Made by a program: the position numbers and the translations under genes
The notes under the pieces: model-generated
Told to the model about the DNA's origin: nothing
Database searches by the model: none
The model's input: the letters and a program-made list of their open reading frames with translations, nothing else
Assembly (NCBI GenBank): GCA_964581895.1
Contig: CAZOPR010000002.1
Span: forward strand, 254,185-318,184
Reading direction: 5' to 3'
From: an uncultured Brachyspira sp.
Lineage (GTDB): Bacteria > Spirochaetota > JAAYUW01
Length of the DNA stretch: 64,000 bases
Shown here: positions 10,147 to 20,177 of the stretch, one piece after another
Position numbering within the stretch: the first letter of the stretch is position 1
Layout of the letters: the number at the start of each line of letters is the position of its first letter

Positions 10147-11130
10147 ATGGGAACTTTGATTTATGTTTTACTTGTAGTTCTAATTCTTTTTATCCTTATC
10201 ATGCTAATTAAAGGTATAAGAGTAATACCACAAGCATCTGCTATGATTATTGAAAGACTTGGAAGATACCACAAAACATTAAAATCTGGCTTAAATATTA
10301 TAATTCCAATAATTGATAAACCAAGGACAATAGATGTAATATACACAAAAAAGATGGCTGATGGTAGAGTTTATCAATACTCTAAAACCATGGATAGGCT
10401 GGACTTAAGAGAGACTGTATACGATTTTCCAAGACAAAATGTTATAACAAGAGATAATGTTGTCATTGAAATTGATGCAATAATCTATTACCAGATAATG
10501 GATCCTATTAAAGCAACATATGAAATTGCAAACTATCCTGATGCCATAGAAAAACTTACCAAAACAACACTTAGAAATGTCATTGGTGAAATGGATTTAG
10601 ATGAAACTTTAAGTTCAAGAGATAAGATAAACAATAAGTTAAGGATAATTCTTGATGAAGCAACAGATAAATGGGGTATAAAGATTAATAGAGTTGAGAT
10701 ACAGGATATTAATCCACCTAAAGATATAAAAGATGCTATGGAAAAGCAGATGAGGGCAGAGCGTGATAGAAGAGCCATAATCCTTTCTGCTGAAGGTGAT
10801 AAGCAGGCAGCAATTTTACAATCGGAAGGTGTAAAACAATCTGCTATAAATAGAGCCGATGGTGAAAAGCAAGCAAGAATTTTACAGGCTGAAGGTGAAG
10901 CTCAAGCTAAAGTAAGAATAGCTGAAGCTGAAGCCACTGCTATTAAAACAATTGCTTCAGCAATTTCATCTACAAAAACTGATCCAGGCACATATTTAAT
11001 AGCATTAAAATATATTGATGCATTTAAGGAAATAGCAGCAGGAAAAGATACAAAAACCGTATTTATGCCATTTGAAGCGACTTCTGTTCTTTCTTCCATT
11101 GGCACAATTAAAGAGATTTTCAAACAATAG
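10147..11130 (+). CDS. SPFH/band-7 (stomatin/prohibitin-like) protein
   Basis: N-terminal TM, band-7 core (VITRDNVVIEIDAIIYYQI), Ala/Glu-rich coiled-coil tail; GGAGG RBS. Confidence 0.8.
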   Translation: MGTLIYVLLVVLILFILIMLIKGIRVIPQASAMIIERLGRYHKTLKSGLNIIIPIIDKPRTIDVIYTKKMADGRVYQYSKTMDRLDLRETVYDFPRQNVITRDNVVIEIDAIIYYQIMDPIKATYEIANYPDAIEKLTKTTLRNVIGEMDLDETLSSRDKINNKLRIILDEATDKWGIKINRVEIQDINPPKDIKDAMEKQMRAERDRRAIILSAEGDKQAAILQSEGVKQSAINRADGEKQARILQAEGEAQAKVRIAEAEATAIKTIASAISSTKTDPGTYLIALKYIDAFKEIAAGKDTKTVFMPFEATSVLSSIGTIKEIFKQ

Positions 11131-11178
11131 TTGAATCAGACAATTAAAAAAAAGTAATAAATAAAAAAGTAAAAAAAT

Positions 11179-12570
11179 TTAAACTGAATCTTCTTGATTT
11201 GATTCAATTAATTTTTTTATAAGGTTTGGCTCATCTATTGCAAGGATTTCTTTTTCTTTTGAGTAAGTAACTTTTCCTAAAATTTTAGGAATTGGTTTAA
11301 CATATTTACATCTTGTATAGATTACTGAAGCTTTGCCGGCATTTTTCCCTTTAGAAAAGTGTATTGCAAATGTTGAGGCGATTTTTATATCATCATTTGT
11401 CAAATTTTCATCCAATAAAATGATAAAAGGTCCTTGATAATCTCTAACATGAAACCACCAGAAATTTCCCTTCCCAAATTTTTTTAATATCTCATTATTC
11501 CCGATTGATGATTTTCCAAAAACAAGTTTTTTACCATTTTCTAAAGTAATAATATTATACAAAGAACTTTTTTCTTTTTTTATTTGTTGATTTAATTTTC
11601 CTTCTTTTATTTCATCTTCTTTAGATAAAATCTTGTATGGGTTAATTTCATTATTTTCTACTTTTTTCTTATTTTCATTTAGTATCTCAATCTTTTTATT
11701 AAGTTCTTCAATCTGGCTCTTAAAGTTATTTATGAATTGCGTAAGTTGTTCTTTTTTCCTTAATTGTTTTTTGTAAAGTTCATAAAAATACTGCGCATTT
11801 TCCACTGCAGTTTTATTTTCAATATATTTTATCTTTAGTTTTTCTTTTATCTTGTTTATATCATTTAAGTTTTGTAAGATAAGATCAGCTGTTTCTTTAT
11901 AAGAAAAAGGATTTACATTTTCTAATTCTTCAACTAAACTTTCAAGATATTGATTTTTTTTAATCAATTCATTTCTTATTAAAGTTATTTCACTTTCAAT
12001 CTTTTCTATACTTATTTTTTTTAAATAAAAATTGGTGATTTTTTCTGTAAAAGTGATTTGTGGATTTAAGTTAAATTCTTCTCTTATTGAGAACTCTTTT
12101 TGAGTTTTGCTTCCAAGCCCAATATATTTATTTCCTTCTTTTTCAATTCTTTTTTCTCCAGATCTATTATGAAGTACAGAAAGTATATTGTTTTCATTAT
12201 TTATTAAAAAAATATTTCCATTTTTACCAAGAAGTTCTGCAATTATTTTGAAATTATCAAAAACAAAATATAAAATTCTATCATTTTTTTCAGAATAAAA
12301 ATCCTTTACAGTAAGACCATCTAAATATTTTCTTGCAACCATTGTGAAATGATATGGATTTTTAGGTGCCTTATGCCAAAAATTTCCAGTTCCTAAAAAT
12401 GTATTTTTAGGGTCAATAAAAATTATGATAGATAAGTCTTTATTTTGTTTTCTAAACTCAATCGTTAAAGCATTTTTTGAATATTGGGTTATCTTTTTAC
12501 AATTAGAGCCAATTATGAAATCTTTAAGTTCTGATACTATCTTTTCGAGTTCTGCATAATTTATTGACAT
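11179..12570 (-). CDS. NFACT-family protein (FbpA/RqcH-like)
   Basis: NFACT-N-like N-terminus, long coiled-coil middle, C-terminal NFACT-R/DUF814-like segment (GNFWWFHVRDYQGPFIIL). Confidence 0.5.
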   Translation of the reverse strand: MSINYAELEKIVSELKDFIIGSNCKKITQYSKNALTIEFRKQNKDLSIIIFIDPKNTFLGTGNFWHKAPKNPYHFTMVARKYLDGLTVKDFYSEKNDRILYFVFDNFKIIAELLGKNGNIFLINNENNILSVLHNRSGEKRIEKEGNKYIGLGSKTQKEFSIREEFNLNPQITFTEKITNFYLKKISIEKIESEITLIRNELIKKNQYLESLVEELENVNPFSYKETADLILQNLNDINKIKEKLKIKYIENKTAVENAQYFYELYKKQLRKKEQLTQFINNFKSQIEELNKKIEILNENKKKVENNEINPYKILSKEDEIKEGKLNQQIKKEKSSLYNIITLENGKKLVFGKSSIGNNEILKKFGKGNFWWFHVRDYQGPFIILLDENLTNDDIKIASTFAIHFSKGKNAGKASVIYTRCKYVKPIPKILGKVTYSKEKEILAIDEPNLIKKLIESNQEDSV

Positions 12571-12579
12571 AATGTTTTT

Positions 12580-13326
12580 CTAATTCTGGATTATTATTGG
12601 AGATACTGTGCTTTCTATCGATTTTATCTTATTGATAAGTGCAATTGCATCTTTTTTATCAGTAAATTTTCCACTTCTAATCCTATAATAATATTTACCA
12701 TCTATTTCAGTTATGACAATATAACATGGAATACCTGCTTTTTCAAGTTTGTTTTTAAGAGATATTGCTTTATCAAAATCTGTAAATGAGGCTATCTGAA
12801 TTACATAAGTAATACTTGATGTTTTACTATTTGCAGTCTTGCTACTGCTACTTTTAATTGTCTGAGAAGTTGCATTTGCCTTTTCTGATTCAGTTTTGAT
12901 TTCATTTTTTGTATTGGAAGAACTGACATTACTATTTTGAGAAGATGTGCCGCTTGAAGATAGAGCTGTTATTGAAGGATTTGTCAATATTTGGAATGAA
13001 CTATTCTCGCTATTCTGGCTATTTTGAATTGTATTATCTGATTCAGTACTATCTATTTGAGTGTTATCTATATTTTGCTGGTTTTCAGTACTTAAAACTA
13101 AATTTTGATTATCTTGTTCTTGACTTTGAAATTGAGATTTCTTATCGGTTTCATTTGAAAAGTTTATCTTATTATTTTGAAAATATGAAATAACTATATA
13201 AGCGCTAATTGCAACAGATAAAAGTAAAATAAATACTATCGCAATAATTTTTAGTGTTTGCAGGCTATTATCAGAATTGTTTCTTTTCATTCTTTCATTA
13301 TTTTCAAAATTTTCATTTTTATCCAT
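12580..13326 (-). CDS. SPOR-domain protein with N-terminal TM and S/T/N/Q-rich linker
   Basis: C-terminal SPOR-like segment YVIQIASFTDFDKAISLKNKLEKAGIPCYI...YYRIRSGKF. Confidence 0.6.
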   Translation of the reverse strand: MDKNENFENNERMKRNNSDNSLQTLKIIAIVFILLLSVAISAYIVISYFQNNKINFSNETDKKSQFQSQEQDNQNLVLSTENQQNIDNTQIDSTESDNTIQNSQNSENSSFQILTNPSITALSSSGTSSQNSNVSSSNTKNEIKTESEKANATSQTIKSSSSKTANSKTSSITYVIQIASFTDFDKAISLKNKLEKAGIPCYIVITEIDGKYYYRIRSGKFTDKKDAIALINKIKSIESTVSPIIIQN

Positions 13327-13427
13327 TAGATTGCCTTATCTAAGATTTTTATAAATAATATTTTTGATTTTATATATTATAATTTCGGTCAATTTTAAAA
13401 ATTATCAAAAAGATGACTATTTCAAAA

Positions 13428-14159
13428 TCAAACTATCTTATGCTTTTTATAAGAAAAAAAATCTTCTTCTATAAGATTTAACTCCTGCAAAACTATTTTT
13501 CTTTTATTTGTTGCAAGAACAAAATCATCTAAACTATGTGAGTCTGAGCCAAAAGTAAAAAGAAAACCATTTTTGTTTTTATAAATCTCGATAAGTTTTT
13601 TCCAGAACTTAAAAGAGATTTCTTTATATGATGAAAGGAAATTTTCAATATTAATTTCTAGGGAAATCCTGTTTTTTATTATAATATCTAAAATTTTTTC
13701 AATATAGAAAAAAGAGTTTTGCTCAAAATTATCAAAAAAAGATTCGGCAAAATTTGAATATCTTAATGGAAAGTCGATATGTGCTATAGAATCAATTCTA
13801 TCTAAATCTTTACTTTCTGAAAGTAATTTGTAAAAATTTATATAATAATCTATAGGCGTTTTTGAATTTTGATGAAAAGAGCATAAAATAAAATCAAGTT
13901 CATTATATATCTTTATATTTAAATTGGAAATCTTATTTATCTCTATCTCAATTCCAGCAAACACATTTATTTGCTTACCTATATTAAACTTTTTTATATT
14001 TTGAAGGTAATTACTTAAAAATTCATCTGATTCTAAAATCATATCATGTTCTGTAAAACAAAGAGAGCTATAGCCAGAGTTGTTAGCAAAAACAACATAT
14101 TTTTCAATAGGAGTGGAACTATCGAAAGAAAAATTTGAGTGAATGTGAAAATCGTTCAT
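13428..14159 (-). CDS. PHP-family metal-dependent phosphoesterase (HisJ-like)
   Basis: N-terminal MNDFHIHSNFSFDSS and downstream FTEHD motif typical of PHP domain. Confidence 0.5.
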   Translation of the reverse strand: MNDFHIHSNFSFDSSTPIEKYVVFANNSGYSSLCFTEHDMILESDEFLSNYLQNIKKFNIGKQINVFAGIEIEINKISNLNIKIYNELDFILCSFHQNSKTPIDYYINFYKLLSESKDLDRIDSIAHIDFPLRYSNFAESFFDNFEQNSFFYIEKILDIIIKNRISLEINIENFLSSYKEISFKFWKKLIEIYKNKNGFLFTFGSDSHSLDDFVLATNKRKIVLQELNLIEEDFFSYKKHKIV

Positions 14160-14343
14160 ATTATCCTAATTTGTTCTTTTTTTAAGTTAACCATTTTTAT
14201 AAATTTCGTAAATTTATAAAAATACAAAGACTCAAACTTAAAATTTAGCTAAATTTATAAAAATACTTGCCAATAGAAAATTTATGATTAAAATAAGTAA
14301 AAGTTATAAAAGATAACTTCATTTTAATAATTTGGAGGATATT

Positions 14344-15411
14344 ATGGGAAATCTTCATGATATTTATGATGAACAGCAAACTGGCGACAAAATCAGAGTT
14401 GTCCAGTGGGGAACAGGTGCTATGGGAAGTGGGATGGTTAAAATGATGCTCCATAAAAAAGATATCGAGCTTGTTGGAGTCATCTCTAAAAGAGCAGCAG
14501 CAGCTGGTTTTAAGGATATCGGTGAATTCCTTAACATTGGAAAAATAGGGGTTCCTGTTTACTCAGATCCAGAAGATATTATTACTGCTGAAAAATGTGA
14601 TGTTGTCATTCATGCTACAAAATCTTTTGTTAAAGATGTTTTTGATGATTTGAAATTTATAGCAGAAAGAGGTGTCGATTGTATTACCATTGCCGAAGAG
14701 ATGGCATATGCCTGGCAGCAGCAGCCAGAACTTGCAGAAAAGCTTGATGAAATTGCAAGCGAAAATTCAACAGTTATCCTTGGCACTGGTATTAATCCTG
14801 GTTTCGTTTTAGATAGTCTTATAGTTATGCTTACAGGAGCATGCATAAAGGTTGATAGGATTGAAGCAAGTAGAATAAATGACCTTTCTCCTTTTGGAAA
14901 AACAGTTATGGAAACTCAGGGTGTTGGAACAACTGTTGAACAGTTTAATGATGGCATAAAAAAAGGAACTATAGTTGGACATATTGGATTTCCTGAATCT
15001 ATAAGAATGATTGCAGATGCTCTTGGTTGGGAGATTACAAGAATTGAACAGACAAGAGAACCTATTGTCTCAAAGGTTTATCGAGAAACCCCTGTTGTTA
15101 AAGTTCAGCCAGGCATGGTTGCAGGTTGCAAACATATCGGTATAGGATACGATGCAAAAGGGAATGAAAAAATAAAATTGATTCACCCTCAACAGATTCA
15201 TCCACATCTTGAAGGTGTTGAAACTGGCGATTATATAAATATATATGGCGATCCAGAAATCCATTTTGCAAACAAACCAGAAATTCCTGGTGGAAAAGGG
15301 ACCATTGCAACAACTGTAAATATGATACCTGCTGTTTATTATAGTGAAAGATCTGGACTTTTATCGATGCTTGATTTTGAAATTCCAAGATCTATACCTG
15401 ATAAAGATTAA
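14344..15411 (+). CDS. DapB-like NAD(P)-dependent amine dehydrogenase family (2,4-diaminopentanoate dehydrogenase-like)
   Basis: N-terminal Rossmann motif VVQWGTGAMG; ATG 14344 preceded by GGAGGA (track start 14332 is TTG); visibly GC-richer than flanks. Confidence 0.5.
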   Translation: MGNLHDIYDEQQTGDKIRVVQWGTGAMGSGMVKMMLHKKDIELVGVISKRAAAAGFKDIGEFLNIGKIGVPVYSDPEDIITAEKCDVVIHATKSFVKDVFDDLKFIAERGVDCITIAEEMAYAWQQQPELAEKLDEIASENSTVILGTGINPGFVLDSLIVMLTGACIKVDRIEASRINDLSPFGKTVMETQGVGTTVEQFNDGIKKGTIVGHIGFPESIRMIADALGWEITRIEQTREPIVSKVYRETPVVKVQPGMVAGCKHIGIGYDAKGNEKIKLIHPQQIHPHLEGVETGDYINIYGDPEIHFANKPEIPGGKGTIATTVNMIPAVYYSERSGLLSMLDFEIPRSIPDKD

Positions 15412-15582
15412 TTTTTATAGCTGTTTTATTTTTGAAACTATTTTAATTTTTTAACTTTTTAAATTTTAAAATTAAAATTGGAGTTAAAATTATAATTAAA
15501 ATAGTTGATTCAATTAAGCAGACTAAACAAATAAGTAGATTAATGTAAAACTTAAATTTTTGATATCTTGAAAAAATATTTG

Positions 15583-15622
15583 GGGGCTTTTCTTATTGAA
15601 ATAGGGAAAGTCCCTTTTTTTT
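15583..15622 (+). terminator. Possible hairpin plus T8 run between amine dehydrogenase gene and GNAT gene
   Basis: ggggcttt...aaagtccc stem (one G-U pair) followed by tttttttt. Confidence 0.3.
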
Positions 15623-15663
15623 AAGATGTTGATATAAAAAAATTTTGAAATATAATAATAACA

Positions 15664-16188
15664 ATGCAGAAAAAAAAAGAATCATTAATGAATTTAGCCA
15701 ATGAAATAGATGTTTTACATCTTCCAAATTTTTTATTAAAAAGATTAAAGGTATTAAATGCCTCTGAAAAGGATTTAGAACCAATACAAAACTTAGAATC
15801 TATTATTTTTGAAAATCCATGGCATATGTTTGATTTTACATTTTTTTATTCTGTCTGTTCATTTAAAGTCGTGAAAATCAAAGATTTTATTGTTGGTTAT
15901 ACGATATTCAGGTTTGAGAGAGATTATAAAAACAAAAAGAAGATCTGCCATCTTTTGAAAATAGGTGTTCATCCTGAATTTCAGCATATGGGAGTCGGAT
16001 CAATTCTTATTAAAGATATGATTTACAATATGAGAAAAAATAAAACAAAAATAGTTTATCTTGAAGTTAGAGAAGGAAATAAAAATGCAATTTCATTCTA
16101 TGAAAAAAAAGGATTTTTTAAAGGAAAACTTGTTGAAAACTATTATGAGAATCAAGAATCAGCTTATATGATGATAAAGATTTTTTAA
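15664..16188 (+). CDS. GNAT N-acetyltransferase, RimI-like
   Basis: Acetyl-CoA binding motif HLLKIGVHPEFQHMGVGSILI and FYEKKGF. Confidence 0.7.
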   Translation: MQKKKESLMNLANEIDVLHLPNFLLKRLKVLNASEKDLEPIQNLESIIFENPWHMFDFTFFYSVCSFKVVKIKDFIVGYTIFRFERDYKNKKKICHLLKIGVHPEFQHMGVGSILIKDMIYNMRKNKTKIVYLEVREGNKNAISFYEKKGFFKGKLVENYYENQESAYMMIKIF

Positions 16189-16200
16189 AAGGATCTGGTA

Positions 16201-16869
16201 ATGAAAAAAAATCATTTTATTTTATTTAGTCTAATCCTTGTTTTTTTATCTTTAATTTTTATATCTTCTATCATGGTTTATGCCCAAACTGGGCTTTTTC
16301 CTTCGCTACCTTCTATATCTTTTGGAGCTGATTACGGCTCTTTGATGCAAGAAGAAGATGATGAAGAATGGCAGGAGTACACAATAACCAAATTATATGC
16401 CAAGATAACCCAAGAAATATACAATGGGATTTTTTATATAGCAGAAGGTTATTATGCAACTTATGATTTTACTAATAATGATCTTGATAAAAATGTTTGG
16501 GCTCTATACAATTATATAAGGATAAAAACCTTTCCTTCATTTATAATAAATCTTGTAGTAGGGTTTAAATCTACTGATTATTTATCTACCCATCCAGATT
16601 ATTCATTTTTCAAATTTGGAGCAAACATAAAATATCGCTTTGCAAAATATTCATATTTTTACATAAGCTATGCTTATTACAATAGAGATGCAACAACTGA
16701 TTATAACCTTCATTATCTATATCTAAGCCTTAATATGCCAATCTGGCTTTTTAACTTTTCCTTTTATGCAAAATTCGACTATAAAGTATATACAAGCTTG
16801 AATACAAATTTTAAGTTTATGATTGGATTTGATTTAACTTTTGATTTAAATTATCTGGTAACTGAGTAA
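16201..16869 (+). CDS. Secreted Tyr-rich protein, possible small outer-membrane beta-barrel
   Basis: Signal peptide; alternating aromatic/hydrophilic pattern. Confidence 0.3.
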   Translation: MKKNHFILFSLILVFLSLIFISSIMVYAQTGLFPSLPSISFGADYGSLMQEEDDEEWQEYTITKLYAKITQEIYNGIFYIAEGYYATYDFTNNDLDKNVWALYNYIRIKTFPSFIINLVVGFKSTDYLSTHPDYSFFKFGANIKYRFAKYSYFYISYAYYNRDATTDYNLHYLYLSLNMPIWLFNFSFYAKFDYKVYTSLNTNFKFMIGFDLTFDLNYLVTE

Positions 16870-17543
16870 AAAATTACATATCCCTTAATTCTTACATAAA
16901 TTATAGAACTTGAGAACCTATATTGTGGCATTTCAACAAGATTGAAATATCCATTTATTTCAAAAATATAATTGTTTCCATAACTTTTTATTACTGCATT
17001 TATTATGCAATCTTTAACTGCTTCAAAAAGAACATCTTCTGTTATGCGATCTATTGAGTTGATTTTATCAAAAAAAGAAAAACTTGCTTCGCCTTGAATC
17101 AAATTCCCATTGACCTCTGTAACTCTTTTAACTTTATTTCTAATATAGTCGGTGATTGTAATTAAAGATGTTTTGGAAATATAGTAACCATTTTCTGATG
17201 AAATAGAATAAGGGATTAAATCATATTTAATAAATTCTTTTTTGAACTCTGTAGAAACTTCAAACCCTTTCGACCTTAAACTTCTTCTATGAGTAAAAGA
17301 AATCCCATTTAAAAGAAGATTTGCAATAATTTGCTGGTTTTCCTCTATTTTTTTCTCTATTTCTTCATTTGTATAAGTCTTATTTGCCTTGTCTGAAAAG
17401 AAAGAAAGGTATTGGTTAGGATTAATAAAATAGCCTGTAACAGGAATTTTATCAAGTTTATCTATTTGAAAAATATTAAAACTAAAAAAAATTGAAAAAA
17501 GCATTAAAGAAAAAAATAAAAAAATGCAAATTTTAATTTTCAT
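16851..17543 (-). CDS. Hypothetical secreted protein
   Basis: N-terminal signal peptide; no recognised domain. Confidence 0.3.
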   Translation of the reverse strand: MKIKICIFLFFSLMLFSIFFSFNIFQIDKLDKIPVTGYFINPNQYLSFFSDKANKTYTNEEIEKKIEENQQIIANLLLNGISFTHRRSLRSKGFEVSTEFKKEFIKYDLIPYSISSENGYYISKTSLITITDYIRNKVKRVTEVNGNLIQGEASFSFFDKINSIDRITEDVLFEAVKDCIINAVIKSYGNNYIFEINGYFNLVEMPQYRFSSSIIYVRIKGYVIFYSVTR

Positions 17544-17592
17544 ATGTTTATAACTTATTTTAATTTTAATTTTTTTTTTAATTTTAATTTTT

Positions 17593-18000
17593 TTAATGTT
17601 TGGAAAATTTCATTATTTTCATTTTACCATCTACTTTTTTAAATCTCCACCAAGGAGTATCTTCAATGACTCCATCTTTTCGTATAAACTGAAATTTCAT
17701 TGCAATCTCATCATTATCAAATTTTTCAACTGCTAATACCTTTATTCCTTTAATTTTTTTAAAGGTATCAACTACTACATTGAATTGCTCACTATCTTTA
17801 TTGGATGCAATGTCTTTTGCGTAATTTGAAAAGGATTCAAGTGCAGCGCCAGTTAAAAGATTCTGATATATTTTTTCGAATTTTGCTGATTTTGAATAAG
17901 ATATATATTTATTTATTACGCTGACACATTGTTGTTCTTCAGAGCAGGAAAAAAAGATAAAAAGAAAAAGAATCGCAAAAATTATTGAAAATTTTTTCAT
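17593..18000 (-). CDS. Hypothetical lipoprotein
   Basis: Signal peptide with lipobox-like FFSC. Confidence 0.35.
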   Translation of the reverse strand: MKKFSIIFAILFLFIFFSCSEEQQCVSVINKYISYSKSAKFEKIYQNLLTGAALESFSNYAKDIASNKDSEQFNVVVDTFKKIKGIKVLAVEKFDNDEIAMKFQFIRKDGVIEDTPWWRFKKVDGKMKIMKFSKH

Positions 18001-18036
18001 AATAATCCTAAAATCATTTGTTTTAATGATTATCGA

Positions 18037-18918
18037 TTATGTATTAGAATTTTTAATCTTAAATTTTAAGTAAGATTTCAAACCAGATAAAACAGCATTT
18101 TCATCAATAATTATTTCAATATTTTCAAGTTTATCTTTTATAAGTTCATATATTAAATGACTATCTCCACCAGTTAAAATTATTTTAGGTCTAATCACTT
18201 TTTCCTTATAATTCTTTTCGATTTTATTTATAAAAAGATCGTAAGAATGAATAATAAAGCCGGTGAATAAATTGTATATTCCAGATAAAATCGAATCTTT
18301 TGTTGAAAAGCCAAAAAGCTCATTTTTAATTTTATTTATATTTTCTTTTTCAGAAATATCTTTAGACTTTATAAGAGGCAATTGCCTGGTTTTATAGAAT
18401 AAAGATTTAACTGAAAGGTTTATACCAGATGCTATACAACCACCTTCATATTTTGATTTATGCATCGTATCTATTGTTAGTGCCGTTCCACTATCTATTG
18501 CAAATATTGTATCTTTTGGGTATTTTTCAAAGATGTAGTATAAAATTGATAATCTATCATCTCCGTAAGAAGTTATCGGGTCATAGAAAAATTGAAAACT
18601 TATATTTTTATTTTCATTAAATTTATCGATGCTATTAGTTTTATCAATATAGTTTGTTCTATCAAAATATTTAACTCTATCAAAAAAAATATCTTTTTTT
18701 AAAATTGTTTTTACTTTTTTTATTAAATCATCTGTTTCTTTTCCTCTAACTGATGAATAGACAAGATATTTAATCTGGTATCTTTTTTGGGTATTTTTTA
18801 TATAATTGATAAGAGAATCGGTTTTTTTAAATGATTTAATACTTACAAAAAAATCAGTTTCTAACTGTGTAAGTCCAACTTTAATTCTTGAGTTGCCAAT
18901 ATCTAAAAGCATTAACAT
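18037..18918 (-). CDS. coaX: Type III pantothenate kinase
   Basis: N-terminal MLMLLDIGNSRIKVGL and C-terminal LTGGDS motifs of the acetate/sugar kinase-fold CoaX family. Confidence 0.7.
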   Translation of the reverse strand: MLMLLDIGNSRIKVGLTQLETDFFVSIKSFKKTDSLINYIKNTQKRYQIKYLVYSSVRGKETDDLIKKVKTILKKDIFFDRVKYFDRTNYIDKTNSIDKFNENKNISFQFFYDPITSYGDDRLSILYYIFEKYPKDTIFAIDSGTALTIDTMHKSKYEGGCIASGINLSVKSLFYKTRQLPLIKSKDISEKENINKIKNELFGFSTKDSILSGIYNLFTGFIIHSYDLFINKIEKNYKEKVIRPKIILTGGDSHLIYELIKDKLENIEIIIDENAVLSGLKSYLKFKIKNSNT

Positions 18919-18937
18919 GATATTTCCCTTTGATTAA

Positions 18938-20098
18938 TCATCTTAAAATAATTATTTCTGGTTCTGGAACAAATCCAAAATTTTTATATATTTTTTCCTG
19001 GACGAATTGTACTAAATAAAAGACATCAGAAGCCTTGGCTTTGCCAGTGTTTATAATTATATTCCCATGATAAGGAGCTATTTGTGCATCATTATGCCTA
19101 AATCCTTTTAATCCAAGTTTATCCACAAGAGCACCTGTTGCTGTTCCAAATTGATAGTTGTTCTTAAAAACTGAACCACAACTTGGATAAATAAAATGAT
19201 TTTTAGATATTCTATAATCCTCTATTTTTTCAATCTGCTTAAAGGTTTTTTCACTTAAAAGATTAAAGCTTTTTCCAAGATTTTTTTTGATGTATTTTAA
19301 GCCATAAATTTTGTAAAATTTTTTTAAGTCAGATTCATTTTTAATGGTTTTAAGGGCTAAGTTTTTTTGTTCTATAAAGATTTTTTGCATTTCGTCTGAA
19401 TTTAGTTTTTTAGTTAAATATTTTTCAAGTTTAACATTATTTGGCGAATCAATTTTATTTTCATCTTTAAAATTTTTTGGGAAAGAATTTTTTTTAAAAT
19501 TATCTTTTGAAAAAAAATCTTTAAAAAAGTTTTCTTTATTAAATGAATCTTTATCGATAATTACCTGTAATATTATCCAGTTTTTCTTTTGGAAAATGGA
19601 TGATTTATATGAAAATTCTGCATTTTTACCTTCTATTTCAGAAATCTTAAGGTTTTCAAGGTCAAGATAAATTATTTTGGATAAAAATGGCCCAAGATCA
19701 AAGCTATCATATCTGACATTTATATAAGTAGCTGCTCCAATAGTTCCTGGAAGAAGATAAAGGAAAGAAAGATTATCTTGTAATAAAAAGATTGAAGATA
19801 AAAATGGAAGAAGCGATATTGGAAAACCAGAAGAAAGAGAAAGCTTTTCATTATAATATTCAAAATCTACTAAATTTCTCAGACTAATAAAAAAATAATT
19901 ATCATCTACTTTATCTGGAAATAAGATATTTGCTCCTGAACCAAAAAATATAGGTTTTAAGCTTTTTTTCTGGCAGAAATCTATGGCTTCAAATATTTGT
20001 TCAGTATTTTTCGGTAATGCAAAAAATCTTGCTAAACCACCAATTTTAAAAGTGCTGAAATTGGAAAGTAAAAATTTTTCGTAAATTTTTAAATTCAT
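18938..20098 (-). CDS. murB: UDP-N-acetylenolpyruvoylglucosamine reductase with low-complexity central insertion
   Basis: N-terminal FAD-binding region (FKIGG...FFGSGANILF) and C-terminal SCGSVFKNN...GLKGFRHNDAQIAPYHGNIIINTG. Confidence 0.75.
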   Translation of the reverse strand: MNLKIYEKFLLSNFSTFKIGGLARFFALPKNTEQIFEAIDFCQKKSLKPIFFGSGANILFPDKVDDNYFFISLRNLVDFEYYNEKLSLSSGFPISLLPFLSSIFLLQDNLSFLYLLPGTIGAATYINVRYDSFDLGPFLSKIIYLDLENLKISEIEGKNAEFSYKSSIFQKKNWIILQVIIDKDSFNKENFFKDFFSKDNFKKNSFPKNFKDENKIDSPNNVKLEKYLTKKLNSDEMQKIFIEQKNLALKTIKNESDLKKFYKIYGLKYIKKNLGKSFNLLSEKTFKQIEKIEDYRISKNHFIYPSCGSVFKNNYQFGTATGALVDKLGLKGFRHNDAQIAPYHGNIIINTGKAKASDVFYLVQFVQEKIYKNFGFVPEPEIIILR

Positions 20099-20177
20099 AA
20101 AGTTAATTTATCCGAAATTATAATAAGGAATAAAAAATTTTTCTTAAAATTAGGTAGAATTTTTAATTTGTAAAGAA

